DNA of 64,000 nt from Syntrophomonadaceae bacterium (GCA_034678805.1 JAXDBN010000244.1:1974-65973), one strand, 5' to 3'; counted from the stretch's first letter, positions 20,004 to 30,474 are shown. Notes: generated from the letters alone by a model not told the origin. Program-made: numbers and translations.

Positions 20004-20083
20004 TCTACATGTGTGTTTTCAGACGGTTAATTAGGAGGTTTGAGACAATCTAACAAAAAACTTAATGAAGGGAGCTGACATGA

Positions 20084-20464
20084 TTGCAGTCTTTGGGGCG
20101 ACATGTACTAGCAGAGGTTTATGGATGTCGATTTGAAGCATTAAATGATATCCAGAAGGTGGAGGATATCATGATTAATGCAGCTTTAGAGGCTGGCGCT
20201 GAGGTTAGGGAAGTTGTATTCCACAAGTTTAGTCCTCAAGGGGTTAGCGGAGTTGTTGTTATTTCCGAGTCTCACCTGGCGATTCATACCTGGCCCGAAT
20301 TGGGATATGCCGCAGTGGACGTGTTTACCTGCGGAGAAAAAGTCAATCCTTGGGACGCATGTAACTATTTATCCAAAGCATTTGGAGCGGAATATGTAAA
20401 TGCGCAGGAAATTACCAGGGGATTGATAGTTGACCAGGAAGAACGTATGGTGGTAAATATTTAG
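20084..20464 (+). CDS. speD: S-adenosylmethionine decarboxylase proenzyme (SpeH/SpeD class 1)
   Basis: [40 protein letters not shown] (the self-processing Ser site) and DVFTCG. TTG start. Confidence 0.9.
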   Translation: MQSLGRHVLAEVYGCRFEALNDIQKVEDIMINAALEAGAEVREVVFHKFSPQGVSGVVVISESHLAIHTWPELGYAAVDVFTCGEKVNPWDACNYLSKAFGAEYVNAQEITRGLIVDQEERMVVNI

Positions 20465-20525
20465 GAGGGATACTATTTTAGTAGACCGATCAAAATTAAT
20501 CAATACGCTGAACAGTAATTAAAGG

Positions 20526-20565
20526 GCCTTACTTGGAATTTTCGAGTAAGGCTTTAATCTTTTTC
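20526..20565 (+). terminator. intrinsic terminator after speD
   Basis: 10-bp stem GCCTTACTTG / CGAGTAAGGC (one G-U pair), 7-nt loop, then TTTAATCTTTTT. Confidence 0.6.
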
Positions 20566-20755
20566 TGAAGATCTTGGCAGTAGTGCCGTGAATTATTTAA
20601 TGTAATTGTGGCACTGATTGAGATATGATATAAAGGCAGTCTATCGACGGTTTATTTAGATAAAATATATCATAAGCAGGAAACACTCATAATTTGTGGA
20701 ATCATAAGAGACGGTAGCGATTTATGTCTTCTTTGGATTGGGAGGGTTGGAATAA

Positions 20756-21502
20756 ATGAACTTTATCCTTACTGATGATATAAAGGCAGATGTAAGGGAA
20801 ATGGAAAAAGAGTTCCAAAAGAACCTGCAGCCTTGGTGGGATGAGTTAAGCTTATACCTTCCAAAACCGGGAGATGATGAGGGTTTTCAAATTTTGCCGG
20901 TAATAGTGATGCGGGCTTATAGATGGGCAGGTCATCAACCGCAGTTGGCTATTAAAATGGCTAACTTGTTCCGGACGATTAATTTTGCCAACCTGGTTCA
21001 TTTGAGAGTCCGGGATTCTATTGAGGGACAACAACATAATCAAGATTTACAGTTTACCATTCTCATCGGCGACTATATTTTTGGATTGGTTCTGAAATTG
21101 TTGCTCGAGACCAATGCCGAAAGACTTTTGGATCAATTTGCCACAATGATATGCAATATAAATGAAGGCTTTGTTTGGACATATAATCTGGGGGCTGATT
21201 TAGAGGAGTCCTTAACCAGAACCCGGGCGCCCTTTTATGCGAATGCCTTTGCAAGCGCCGCGAAATTACAGGATTGGTCACCCCAGGATGTTGCCTTATA
21301 TGGCAACTTGGGTCAAAACCTGGGTATGGCCCTAGAGCTAATATATATCCATAACAGTAGAGATAAAGGGATGATCTATCTCGATAGGGCCGAATCATTT
21401 TACCAACAGCTTAGCCAAGCGCGATTTGAAAATAATAATGACTTGATTAATATACTTTCAGCAATACGTACTGGTGAAGGAAGGGCAGCCAATGGCATAT
21501 AA
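20756..21502 (+). CDS. HepS-like protein (heptaprenyl diphosphate synthase component I-like)
   Basis: 248 aa. LQFTILIGDYIFGLVLKLL and ATMICNINEG resemble B. subtilis HepS segments (LTVLAGDYFSGLYYSLL, ATAIKEINE). No DDxxD motif. Lies in a cluster with hepT. Confidence 0.5.
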   Translation: MNFILTDDIKADVREMEKEFQKNLQPWWDELSLYLPKPGDDEGFQILPVIVMRAYRWAGHQPQLAIKMANLFRTINFANLVHLRVRDSIEGQQHNQDLQFTILIGDYIFGLVLKLLLETNAERLLDQFATMICNINEGFVWTYNLGADLEESLTRTRAPFYANAFASAAKLQDWSPQDVALYGNLGQNLGMALELIYIHNSRDKGMIYLDRAESFYQQLSQARFENNNDLINILSAIRTGEGRAANGI

Positions 21503-22943
21503 AGACTTACATGAGTTTGTTGAGCTACTTGAAAAGCGGGGACAACTGCTGAGAATAAAGGCTCCGGTTGATCCCGAACTTGAAATAACCGAGATTACTG
21601 ACCGGATCAGCAAAGTCGGAGGCCCGGCACTTCTGTTTGAAAATGTCAAAGGCTCGAATATGCCGGTGCTAATAAATGCCTATGGCAGCAGGGAGCGAAT
21701 GGCCTGGAGTCTGGGAGTGGATGACCTGGAAGGGATCGCCAGTGAAATCACCGGTTTGCTGCAGCTAGCCGATAGTATGCCCGAATCTCTACTGGGGAAG
21801 GTAAAAATGCTGCCCCAGCTGGCTCAGTTATCAAATTTTTTCCCGAAATTGGTGAAAAGCGGAGTATGCCAGGAGGTAGTACACACCCAGCCGAATCTCA
21901 ATCTTCTGCCTGTCCTCAAGTGTTGGCCGGATGATGCAGGTAAGTTTATCACCCTGCCCCATGTCTACACCCGTGATCCTCGCAATGGCAAGAGAAATGT
22001 AGGTATGTACCGCTTGCAGGTTTATGATGAAAATACTACTGGTATGCACTGGCATGTTCATCATGATGGTGCTGAGAATTATCGTTTAAACAAAGAATCA
22101 GAAACCAACATAATGGAAGTGGCCGTAGCCTTGGGTGGAGACCCCTCTATTGCTTATGCGGCTACTGCTCCCTTACCTAAAGAGATCGATGAGCTTATCT
22201 TTGCCGGTTTTCTCAGGAAAAAACCAGTGGAACTGGTTAAATGCAAGACTGTTGACCTGGAAGTACCAGCGGACGCAGAGATTATTTTAGAGGGTTATAT
22301 AGTTCCTTCGGAGAGTCGTATAGAAGGTCCCTTCGGGGATCACACCGGTTATTACTCTCTGCCTGGCGATTATCCCGTATTTCACGTAAAATGCATGACG
22401 CATCGTAAGAATGCCATTTATCCTACCACTATAGTAGGCAAGCCCCCCATGGAAGACTGTTACCTGGCCCTGGCTAGTGAACGTATATTTCTGCCCTTAC
22501 TAAGAATGCAAGTCCCAGAGGTTGTTGACATGCATATGCCTATGGAAGGTGTGTTCCATAATTGTGTTTTTGTTTCTATTAATAAAACCTATCCAGGTCA
22601 AGCTCGTAAGGTGATGAATGCTTTATGGGGCATGGGGCAGATGATGTTTGCAAAATTTATCGTGGTAGTTGACAAGGAAATAAATGTTCAAAATTTGTCA
22701 GAGGTGTTGTGGAAGTTGTTCAACAATGTTGACCCCCGCAGGGACATAATGGTTACTGATGGGCCCTTGGATGTCCTTGATCATTCGGCTCCCTTACCTT
22801 TGTTTGGTTCCAAGATGGGTATAGACGCTACGAAGAAATGGCCGGGAGAAGGGCACCTGCGCGAGTGGCCCGATGATATAGAGATGAGCAAGGATATAAT
22901 TGAGCTGGTAAATACCCGTTGGAGTGAGTACGGCTTTGAATAA
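21492..22943 (+). CDS. UbiD-family (prenylated-FMN dependent) decarboxylase, menaquinone-type
   Basis: MAYKDLHEFVELLEK N-terminus, LFENVKGS and GMHWHVHHDG are typical of the UbiD family. ATG 21492 has a GAAGGAAGGG RBS; the ORF track start is GTG 21474. Confidence 0.9.
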   Translation: MAYKDLHEFVELLEKRGQLLRIKAPVDPELEITEITDRISKVGGPALLFENVKGSNMPVLINAYGSRERMAWSLGVDDLEGIASEITGLLQLADSMPESLLGKVKMLPQLAQLSNFFPKLVKSGVCQEVVHTQPNLNLLPVLKCWPDDAGKFITLPHVYTRDPRNGKRNVGMYRLQVYDENTTGMHWHVHHDGAENYRLNKESETNIMEVAVALGGDPSIAYAATAPLPKEIDELIFAGFLRKKPVELVKCKTVDLEVPADAEIILEGYIVPSESRIEGPFGDHTGYYSLPGDYPVFHVKCMTHRKNAIYPTTIVGKPPMEDCYLALASERIFLPLLRMQVPEVVDMHMPMEGVFHNCVFVSINKTYPGQARKVMNALWGMGQMMFAKFIVVVDKEINVQNLSEVLWKLFNNVDPRRDIMVTDGPLDVLDHSAPLPLFGSKMGIDATKKWPGEGHLREWPDDIEMSKDIIELVNTRWSEYGFE

Positions 22944-23784
22944 ACTCGGCAAGTTCTTATCAATGATAGACTTTAACCATACTCTTTTTGGCCTGCCTTT
23001 TGCCTATTTGGGTGCTTTTCTAGCAGTATCTGGCATTCCTTCTTTAGCCCAACTATTTTGGATAACGGTGGCTATGTTCGGAGCCCGTTCCGCTGCTCTA
23101 TGCCTTAACCGTTTGATTGACCGGGCTATAGATCGGGCTAATCCTCGTACAGCTGGATGGGTGTTACCTGCGGGGGAGTTACCGGTTACGGGTGTATGGT
23201 TTTTGGTGATCGTCTTCTTTGTTATTCTGTTTTGGGCAGCTGCCCACCTTAATCCCCTATGTGTGAAACTGGCGCCTTTGGCAGTCATTATTTTATGGAT
23301 CTATTCTTATACAAAAAGATTTACCTGGTGGTGTCACCTGCTATTAGGAATGGCAGTAGGAATAGGTCCGGTCGGTGGTTGGATTGCTGTAACGGGAAGG
23401 TTTGAATGGCAGCCGCTGCTATTGTGGATGGCTGTAGCGGGTTGGGTTGCGGGATTTGACACAATGTATGCCTGTCAGGATATAGAGTTTGACCGTAACC
23501 ATGGACTTTTTTCCATACCTGCGCGTTTTGGTGCAACCGGGGCTTTAATATTTTCGGCAGCTTTTCACTTGTCCACGGTAATTTTTTTAATTATTAATGG
23601 ATTGGTGATGCAACTGGGCATTTGGTATTTCATTGGCATAGCCTTTACTGCCATCTTGTTGCTTTATGAGCATATAATCGTTACACCAGCCAATTTAGCC
23701 CGTGTTAATTTTGCTTCTTTCAGAATTAACCATTATGTTGGACTTATTATTTTTGTGATGACATTAATAGATATTCTTGTTTGA
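22924..23784 (+). CDS. UbiA-family aromatic prenyltransferase
   Basis: NRLIDRAIDRANPRT (NxxxDxxxD) and YACQDIEFD second Asp-rich motif. Polytopic membrane protein. Overlaps the UbiD-family gene stop. Confidence 0.85.
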   Translation: MSTALNKLGKFLSMIDFNHTLFGLPFAYLGAFLAVSGIPSLAQLFWITVAMFGARSAALCLNRLIDRAIDRANPRTAGWVLPAGELPVTGVWFLVIVFFVILFWAAAHLNPLCVKLAPLAVIILWIYSYTKRFTWWCHLLLGMAVGIGPVGGWIAVTGRFEWQPLLLWMAVAGWVAGFDTMYACQDIEFDRNHGLFSIPARFGATGALIFSAAFHLSTVIFLIINGLVMQLGIWYFIGIAFTAILLLYEHIIVTPANLARVNFASFRINHYVGLIIFVMTLIDILV

Positions 23785-23946
23785 TATTATTTTCGTGGCT
23801 TTTTGGCTGAAATAGCCGAATTAATAGGTAATTAAGATATGGAAATACTATTTTTAAACAACACCTCAATCGAATTCAGTTATAGTTGGTTTTTAAGGTA
23901 CGGAAATATATAATTAGATAGAATTTGTTGATCAAAGGGGTAACCA

Positions 23947-24915
23947 ATGACCGGTTTGGAAATATTTAATCCCGTAAATAATGAGTTGGGACAGGTTGAA
24001 GCCGAACTAATAAAAAGTATTGATACAGAATTGCCATTACTCGAACAGGCTGCAACCCACTTGGTTAAAGCAGGTGGAAAACGGTTGAGACCCGCTTTTG
24101 TATTACTATCTGCGAAAATCTTTTCAGATGATGTCACTTATGCTATTCCTCTGGCGGTATCTCTGGAGTTGATTCACATGGCCAGCCTGGTACATGATGA
24201 TGTCATTGATAACTCAGATCTCAGGAGAGGCCAGCCGACTGTAAAGAGCCAATGGGGTAATCGTTTATCAATTTATACCGGCAACTACGTACTGGCCAAA
24301 TCAATGTGTCTGGCTGATTATTACCAAAGCCGTGACGTTATTGATGTAATGGCCAGGACTAGCATGAGCATCTGTGAAGGTGAAATTAAGCAAATGCGCA
24401 GTTGCTATGATGTAAACCAGGGTCTAAAAGATTACCTCCGCAGGATAGAAAGAAAAACCGCGTTATTGATTTCCGTGAGCTGTCAACTTGGGGCAATGAT
24501 AAGCTCAGCTGAAGAGAGATATATAGAAGCATTAAGAAAATACGGTTATTATCTGGGCATGGCATTTCAGATTACTGATGATATTCTGGACTTTGTTGCT
24601 GATGAAGAAATTCTGGGCAAACCGGTCGGAAGTGATATACGGCAGGGAGTGATAACTCTACCGGCAATCTACGCTCTAAAATGCAGCTCTAACAGCGGTA
24701 AACTGGCATCTCTTTTAGCGTCCCCGCGATCTTGTGCAGAACAAGCAGAAGAAATCGTTGAGTTGGTTAACGATAGTGATGGAATAGACTATGCTTATTA
24801 TGCGAGTAACAGATATGCCGAGAAGGCTTTACGGCAGTTGGAAAGTCTGCCGGATATGCCGGTTAAGGAATCTTTATACAAAATAGCGGACTTTATTTCA
24901 GGCAGGGAGTACTGA
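23947..24915 (+). CDS. hepT: polyprenyl (heptaprenyl-type) diphosphate synthase, catalytic component
   Basis: LIHMASLVHDDVIDNSDLRRG (first DDxxD) and FQITDDILDF (second DDxxD). Confidence 0.85.
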   Translation: MTGLEIFNPVNNELGQVEAELIKSIDTELPLLEQAATHLVKAGGKRLRPAFVLLSAKIFSDDVTYAIPLAVSLELIHMASLVHDDVIDNSDLRRGQPTVKSQWGNRLSIYTGNYVLAKSMCLADYYQSRDVIDVMARTSMSICEGEIKQMRSCYDVNQGLKDYLRRIERKTALLISVSCQLGAMISSAEERYIEALRKYGYYLGMAFQITDDILDFVADEEILGKPVGSDIRQGVITLPAIYALKCSSNSGKLASLLASPRSCAEQAEEIVELVNDSDGIDYAYYASNRYAEKALRQLESLPDMPVKESLYKIADFISGREY

Positions 24916-24933
24916 TCCTGGGAGGTTTAACAA

Positions 24934-25716
24934 TTGGCCTTTTCTGATATGTCAGCTGAGGAGAAGCAGACGCTACTTGAGCATCTGGGTGAATTAAGAA
25001 AAACAATTCTAATCGTGGTAGCGGCAGTTTTTATTGCCGCCATGATTTGTTTCTCTTTCAATGAATTCTTACTTCAAATAGTAACCTACCCAGTTCGCTC
25101 TATAGGGCAAAATCTAATTGTAACTGGCGTCACGGAGGCCTTTTTTGTTAAGTTGCAAATATCCTTTTTAGCAGGTTTTATACTTGCTTTCCCCATAGTC
25201 TCCTGGGCAGTTTGGCGGTTTATAAAGCCAGCTTTGTTTGTGCATGAGAGAAAGTACATCTATATTTTGTTTCCAACCACCATTCTTTTATTTGCTGGTG
25301 GGGTAGTTTTTGCCTATTTCGTAGTTTTGCCCCTGGTGCTTAATTTCTTTGTATATATTGCCGGGGCAAACCTTGAAACCATGTTCACAGTTGACCAGTA
25401 TGTTACCTTTGTCATGTCTTTTGTTCTTCCGTTCGGAATAACCTTTGAATTACCCGTAATTACTTATTTCCTCGCCAAATTAGGTATTATTAAGCGAGAA
25501 ATGCTGACCAAGAACAGGAAATATGCTTTATTGATTATTGTAATCTTGGGTGGGGTACTAAGTCCGGGACCAGATCCAGTCAGCCAGGTGCTGATGGCCG
25601 GTCCGGTATATCTGCTTTACGAGGTCAGTATTTTGGTAACCAAATTTACCAAACCTCGCGATAAGAATGATGAAGAAGTAACAGCAGATACTGCCGGGAC
25701 AACCAGTAAAAAATAA
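24934..25716 (+). CDS. tatC: twin-arginine translocase subunit TatC
   Basis: LLEHLGELRKTI N-terminus and six hydrophobic helices. GGGAGG RBS before TTG. Confidence 0.9.
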   Translation: MAFSDMSAEEKQTLLEHLGELRKTILIVVAAVFIAAMICFSFNEFLLQIVTYPVRSIGQNLIVTGVTEAFFVKLQISFLAGFILAFPIVSWAVWRFIKPALFVHERKYIYILFPTTILLFAGGVVFAYFVVLPLVLNFFVYIAGANLETMFTVDQYVTFVMSFVLPFGITFELPVITYFLAKLGIIKREMLTKNRKYALLIIVILGGVLSPGPDPVSQVLMAGPVYLLYEVSILVTKFTKPRDKNDEEVTADTAGTTSKK

Positions 25717-25766
25717 ACTTGGATTAAAATACAACCGCGATATTCGCCAACGAACGTCAACCATTC

Positions 25767-25795
25767 TTTACAAAGGCATGACTTTTTGCCATAAT
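25767..25795 (+). promoter_or_regulatory. candidate sigma-A promoter (extended -10) for tatA
   Basis: TTTACA (25767-25772), 17 nt spacer, TGcCATAAT with the -10 hexamer at 25790-25795. Confidence 0.5.
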
Positions 25796-25878
25796 ATCTT
25801 GTGGAGATGGAAAAAACACAATTTTTTGCAGATAAGGCTCAGATCCCATTTTAGTGGGCGTAGATAGGAGGAAGTGGC

Positions 25879-26067
25879 TTGTTCGGATTAATAGGCAACA
25901 TCGGTCCATGGGAGCTTATCCTGGTATTAGTGATTGTTCTGGTTATATTTGGCCCAGGCAAATTGCCCAAAGTAGGTGAGTCGCTGGGAAAAGCGTTACA
26001 GAGCTTTAAAAAGGCCAAAGAAGAAGGAGACGATGAAGAAAACGATGGGGCCAAAAAGGACAATTAG
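25879..26067 (+). CDS. tatA: twin-arginine translocase subunit TatA/E
   Basis: GPWELILVLVIVLVIFGPGKLPKVG motif. 62 aa. AGGAGGA RBS before TTG. Confidence 0.9.
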   Translation: MFGLIGNIGPWELILVLVIVLVIFGPGKLPKVGESLGKALQSFKKAKEEGDDEENDGAKKDN

Positions 26068-26118
26068 AATGGGTCTGGATTTAGCCCTTTTTTGCCGCCT
26101 GGATTATGAGGTGCATTG

Positions 26119-26760
26119 ATGGCGCACTTGTACCCGATCTTTATAAATTTGGCCGACAAGAGATGTCTGGTAATCGGCGGAGGTAAGGTAGCGGAACGTA
26201 AAATTGAGACTCTCTTGGAGTATGATGCCCAAGTGATGGTAGTGAGCCCGGAAAGTACCATTAAGATAAGGGAATGGGCTCAACAAAACGTGATAAGTTG
26301 GCAGCAGAGGGTATTCAAACCGTCAGATTTGGAAGAGATATTTATTGTATTTATTGCTACCGGAGATAGTGAGTTAAATCGATCAGTAGCTACGCTATGC
26401 CGTGATGAAGGTATATTGGTAAACGCCGTTGACGATCCTGCTAATTGCGATTTTTATGTACCGGCTGTCTTGAGACGGAATTCATTGTGTATAGCGGTTT
26501 CTACCGAAGGAAATAGCCCGCTTTTGGCGGCAAAACTTCGCAACGAGCTGGAGACAATAATCCCGATCGAATATGGAGAATGGGTAGATATCTTAGGTCA
26601 ACTTAGAGACGAGATAAAAAATGCTGACATAGATATCAGTCAGAGACAACAAATATTCGCCAAACTGGTTTACTCTGATATTTTGGATTTACTAAAACAA
26701 GGACGAAAACGAGAAATAGAGGAGCGTATATCAGAATGTATGTCCTGCTTACGGGAATAA
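26119..26760 (+). CDS. sirC: precorrin-2 dehydrogenase / sirohydrochlorin ferrochelatase (SirC / CysG N-terminal type)
   Basis: YPIFINLADKRCLVIGGGKVAERK Rossmann motif. About 210 aa. Sits directly upstream of hemA. Confidence 0.85.
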   Translation: MAHLYPIFINLADKRCLVIGGGKVAERKIETLLEYDAQVMVVSPESTIKIREWAQQNVISWQQRVFKPSDLEEIFIVFIATGDSELNRSVATLCRDEGILVNAVDDPANCDFYVPAVLRRNSLCIAVSTEGNSPLLAAKLRNELETIIPIEYGEWVDILGQLRDEIKNADIDISQRQQIFAKLVYSDILDLLKQGRKREIEERISECMSCLRE

Positions 26761-28049
26761 ACCACCATACTGCACCAATTGAGATTCGTGAACGCTTTGC
26801 CTTTGCACCTTCTCAAGTGGAACAAGCTTATGCCCAAGGACAAGATGATATAGTCGAGGGGCTGGTTATCCTTAATACCTGCAACCGGACTGAATTGTAC
26901 GCCACAGCCAGAAATATTGAGAGAGGTCAGGAACACCTTAAAACGTATCTGGCTTCCATTTCGGGTTTGCCAATTGAACAAATAGAAAAGTATATTTATC
27001 AACCAAACTGTTATGAAGCGATAGAACATCTTTTTAAGGTTTCCTCTGGACTCGATTCTATGATAGTAGGAGAAACACAGGTTTTGGGCCAAGTTAAAGA
27101 GGCTTACCAAAAGGCTCAGGAGTGCAAAGCTTCTGATGCAGTTCTAAACAGTCTTTTCCAAAAAGCGATCCATGTCGGCAAAAAAGTCCGGACCGCCACT
27201 GCCATAGACCAGCACCCAGTTTCAGTAAGTTATGCAGCAGTAGAACTTGCTAAGAAAATCCTTGGTCCCCTGCAGGACAAGACTGTTTTGGTAGTGGGCG
27301 CGGGCGAAATGGCAGATTTGGCAACCCAGTATTTAATGGTTAATGGGGTAAGATCAGTAATTATCTCCAATCGCTCTTATGAGAAAGCGGTTGAGATGGC
27401 AGCCTTATTTAACGGAAGAGCAGCTCGTTTTGATTTGCTCCCGTCAGAAATGGAACATGCTGATATAGTTATAAGCTGTACTGCCGCCAGACATTATGTA
27501 TTACGGGATGACAACTGCGGAGATACCTTGAGATCTCGCCAGGGACGGAAAATAATTTTGATAGATGTAGCCGTACCTCGGGATATTGATCCGGCTCTGA
27601 ATGCGATTGAAGGGGTATTCCTCTACGATATTGACGATCTGCAAGGGGTTATCGATCTAAACATGGCGGCGCGGCGGAAAGCAGCCTTGAGAGCCGAGGC
27701 TATCATTGCTGATGAACTTGAGGAATTCAACCAGTGGATGGCTAGCCTTAGTGTTGTACCGGTTATAAGTGCGTTGAAAAAGCATGGCGAGATTATAAAA
27801 CAGAATGAGCTGAAGAAGACGCTTAATCGGTTGGGTAAAACATCAGATCGTGAAAAAGAGATTGTGACGGCTATGGCCCATTCGATAGTAAACCAGCTGC
27901 TGCATTATCCGGTTATCAATTTGAAGGAGATGGCCGTCAGCAATCAAGGGCATCTCTATGCTGAAGTGGTAAAGAGACTTTTCAGTTTAGAATTACCGGA
28001 TGAGGAGCAGGAAGAGTATGCAAAGATTAAGACTGGGTACCAGAGGTAG
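26736..28049 (+). CDS. hemA: glutamyl-tRNA reductase
   Basis: GINHHTAPIEIRE, LNTCNRTELY and GETQVLGQVK motifs. Confidence 0.95.
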   Translation: MYVLLTGINHHTAPIEIRERFAFAPSQVEQAYAQGQDDIVEGLVILNTCNRTELYATARNIERGQEHLKTYLASISGLPIEQIEKYIYQPNCYEAIEHLFKVSSGLDSMIVGETQVLGQVKEAYQKAQECKASDAVLNSLFQKAIHVGKKVRTATAIDQHPVSVSYAAVELAKKILGPLQDKTVLVVGAGEMADLATQYLMVNGVRSVIISNRSYEKAVEMAALFNGRAARFDLLPSEMEHADIVISCTAARHYVLRDDNCGDTLRSRQGRKIILIDVAVPRDIDPALNAIEGVFLYDIDDLQGVIDLNMAARRKAALRAEAIIADELEEFNQWMASLSVVPVISALKKHGEIIKQNELKKTLNRLGKTSDREKEIVTAMAHSIVNQLLHYPVINLKEMAVSNQGHLYAEVVKRLFSLELPDEEQEEYAKIKTGYQR

Positions 28050-28950
28050 CCAACTAGCTCTTTGGCAAGCCGAATTCGTTGCCAGAGAGATAAGAGTTAA
28101 GAAACCAGAACTTGAAATAGAAACAGTTATCATCAAAACCAAGGGTGATAAGATTTTAGATGTAGCGTTATCCAAGATAGGTGATAAAGGACTCTTCACC
28201 AGAGAAATAGAGAATGCCCTAATAGCTGAAGAGATTGACCTGGCTGTGCACAGCATGAAAGATCTACCTTCCTTTCTTGCCCCAGGACTTGGTTTAGGAG
28301 CAGTGCTAAAGCGAGAGAATCCCCGGGATGTTCTAATTTCCAACCATGGCTACACTATGGCCACCCTGCCTCATAACGGATTAGTCGGAACTTCCAGCCT
28401 TAGACGAATTGCTCAGCTTAAGAATTTACGTCCCGATATTCAGATCTCTGATTTGCGCGGCAACGTAGAGACTCGAATTAGAAAAATGGCCGAACACAAC
28501 ATGGACGCCATAATTCTGGCTTATGCAGGCGTTTCACGCCTGGGATTAACCGATAAGATCACAGAAGTGATAGATGCTGATAGCGTTCTACCGGCAGTGG
28601 GCCAAGGTGCAATTGCGGTGGAGATCAGAAATGACGATACGGAAACCGCAGATATTATGGAAATGATCAACCATCTCCCTACCTCTATCACCACTCAATC
28701 GGAAAGAGCATTCCTGCGTCTTTTGGAGGGAGGATGCCAGGTTCCGATAGCTTGTTTAGCCCAAATTAATGATGGCGAGATTCATATAGAAGGATTGATT
28801 TCATCTATTGACGGACAGGTATTGCTGCGAGACAGTCTATCGGGCCGATTAGATCAGGCACAGGAAATAGGTCAACAACTGGCTCAGACTCTTTTGGACC
28901 GGGGGGGCCAACAAATACTGCAGGAAATTAAGGAATTGGGAGAGTTGTAG
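28018..28950 (+). CDS. hemC: hydroxymethylbilane synthase (porphobilinogen deaminase)
   Basis: LRLGTRGSQLALWQAE N-terminus and GNVETRI. ATG 28018 chosen over the longer ORF-track start 28000. Confidence 0.95.
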   Translation: MQRLRLGTRGSQLALWQAEFVAREIRVKKPELEIETVIIKTKGDKILDVALSKIGDKGLFTREIENALIAEEIDLAVHSMKDLPSFLAPGLGLGAVLKRENPRDVLISNHGYTMATLPHNGLVGTSSLRRIAQLKNLRPDIQISDLRGNVETRIRKMAEHNMDAIILAYAGVSRLGLTDKITEVIDADSVLPAVGQGAIAVEIRNDDTETADIMEMINHLPTSITTQSERAFLRLLEGGCQVPIACLAQINDGEIHIEGLISSIDGQVLLRDSLSGRLDQAQEIGQQLAQTLLDRGGQQILQEIKELGEL

Positions 28951-30474
28951 ATGGCAAAGGCAGGATATGTATATTTAATCGGAGCCGGCCCCGGCGATCC
29001 TGATTTATTTACGATTAAGGGCAAGAAAGCCATAGAAAAGGCGGAAGTAGTTGTTTATGACCGCCTTATTGGGCAAGAAATATTAGATTATGCTCCTCAA
29101 AATGCCGAGATGATATATGTTGGTAAAGCATCCAGCAACCATGCCCTTCCCCAGGACGATATAAATAAGCTGCTGGTTGAGAAAGCCCAGGCGGGTAAAA
29201 TTGTAGCTCGCTTAAAAGGAGGAGATCCTTTTGTGTTTGGGAGGGGCGGAGAAGAAGCGCAGTATATCCACAAACACGGCATCAACTTTGAGGTAATTCC
29301 AGGAATCACTTCTGCGATTGCGGTTCCTGCATATGCAGGGATACCCGTTACTCATAGAGATGCGACTTCTAGTTTTGCGGTCATTACTGGACATGAGAGA
29401 CCAGATAAACAGGTCAGTTCTATTCAGTGGGATAAAATAGCAACTGGTATTGGCACTCTAGTTTTTTTAATGGGTGTAGAGAATCTGGAGTTTATCGTGA
29501 ATAACCTGATCAAAGCAGGCCGGAGTGAGCAGACCCCAGTAGCCCTAATCCGTCGCGGTACTTTCCCAGATCAGGAGGTTGTTAGTGGAACCCTGGCGGA
29601 TATAGTCGCAAAAGTCCGGGAAGCCGGCTTTCAACCCCCAGCCATCATTATTGTTGGAGAGACGGTAAGGCTGCGTGAAGAGTTGCAATGGCGGGAGAAC
29701 CGTCCGTTGTGGGGAACCAGGATAGTAGTTACCAGGGCCCGTGCTCAGGCAAGTGACCTTTTGGAACGTATCCGTTACGAAGGCGGCCAAGCCATAGAGT
29801 TCCCATCAATAGAGATTGTCCCTCAAGAAGATCTCAGTGCTTTATATGATGCCTTTGAACGAATAGAGGCCTACGAATGGATAATATTTACCAGTGTTAA
29901 TGCTGTAGATATCTTCTTCACCCAGCTGGGCGTCCAGGGTATTGATATCAGAAGTCTTCGAGGCAGCCGTATTTGTGCAATTGGTCCGGCGACTGCAGCA
30001 AAATTGAACAGTTTGGGCCTCTTGGTCGATTTTATTCCGAAAGACTATCAGGCTGAGGGTATTATAGCTGGGCTCAAAGAGTATCTAAAACCCCAGGAGA
30101 GAGTATTATTACCTAGAGCGCATGGAGCTCGCACTGTTTTACCAGAAAGTCTGCAAGCTTTGGGGGCAATAGTGGATGAGATAATCCTCTATCGTTCCGA
30201 ACCGGCATCACATGTGGACGATTCGCTGTTAAGGGAAATAAAACTGGGTAAGTTTGATTATATAACATTTACCAGTTCATCAACTGTAAATAATTTTGTT
30301 AATATAATAGGGCAGGAAAATATCATCACTATTGATAAGCTAGTGAAGGTAGCCTGTATAGGACCTATCACAGCCCAAACGGCTCGTGAAAAAGGATTCA
30401 CGGTGGATATTATCCCGATCCAATATACAATTGATGCTTTATTAGATGCTATAATATCTGATCGCCAGACATAA
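28951..30474 (+). CDS. bifunctional uroporphyrinogen-III C-methyltransferase / uroporphyrinogen-III synthase
   Basis: N-terminal CobA/SUMT domain (VYLIGAGPGDPDLFTIKG, GGDPFVFGRGGEE) fused to a HemD-like C-terminal half. 507 aa. Confidence 0.9.
   Translation: MAKAGYVYLIGAGPGDPDLFTIKGKKAIEKAEVVVYDRLIGQEILDYAPQNAEMIYVGKASSNHALPQDDINKLLVEKAQAGKIVARLKGGDPFVFGRGGEEAQYIHKHGINFEVIPGITSAIAVPAYAGIPVTHRDATSSFAVITGHERPDKQVSSIQWDKIATGIGTLVFLMGVENLEFIVNNLIKAGRSEQTPVALIRRGTFPDQEVVSGTLADIVAKVREAGFQPPAIIIVGETVRLREELQWRENRPLWGTRIVVTRARAQASDLLERIRYEGGQAIEFPSIEIVPQEDLSALYDAFERIEAYEWIIFTSVNAVDIFFTQLGVQGIDIRSLRGSRICAIGPATAAKLNSLGLLVDFIPKDYQAEGIIAGLKEYLKPQERVLLPRAHGARTVLPESLQALGAIVDEIILYRSEPASHVDDSLLREIKLGKFDYITFTSSSTVNNFVNIIGQENIITIDKLVKVACIGPITAQTAREKGFTVDIIPIQYTIDALLDAIISDRQT

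Noticed and set aside
19814-20083. Looked for a T-box leader upstream of trpS (minus strand).
   Set aside because: Neither the conserved T-box sequence (AAnnnGGGTGGnACCGCG type) nor a terminator/antiterminator pair is visible. The spacer mainly holds the divergent speD promoter.
20625-20789. 15-nt direct repeat ATGATATAAAGGCAG, at 20625-20639 (intergenic) and 20775-20789 (inside the hepS-like gene).
   Set aside because: A repeat of this length in AT-rich sequence is within chance expectation for a 64-kb window. The flanking similarity is minimal.
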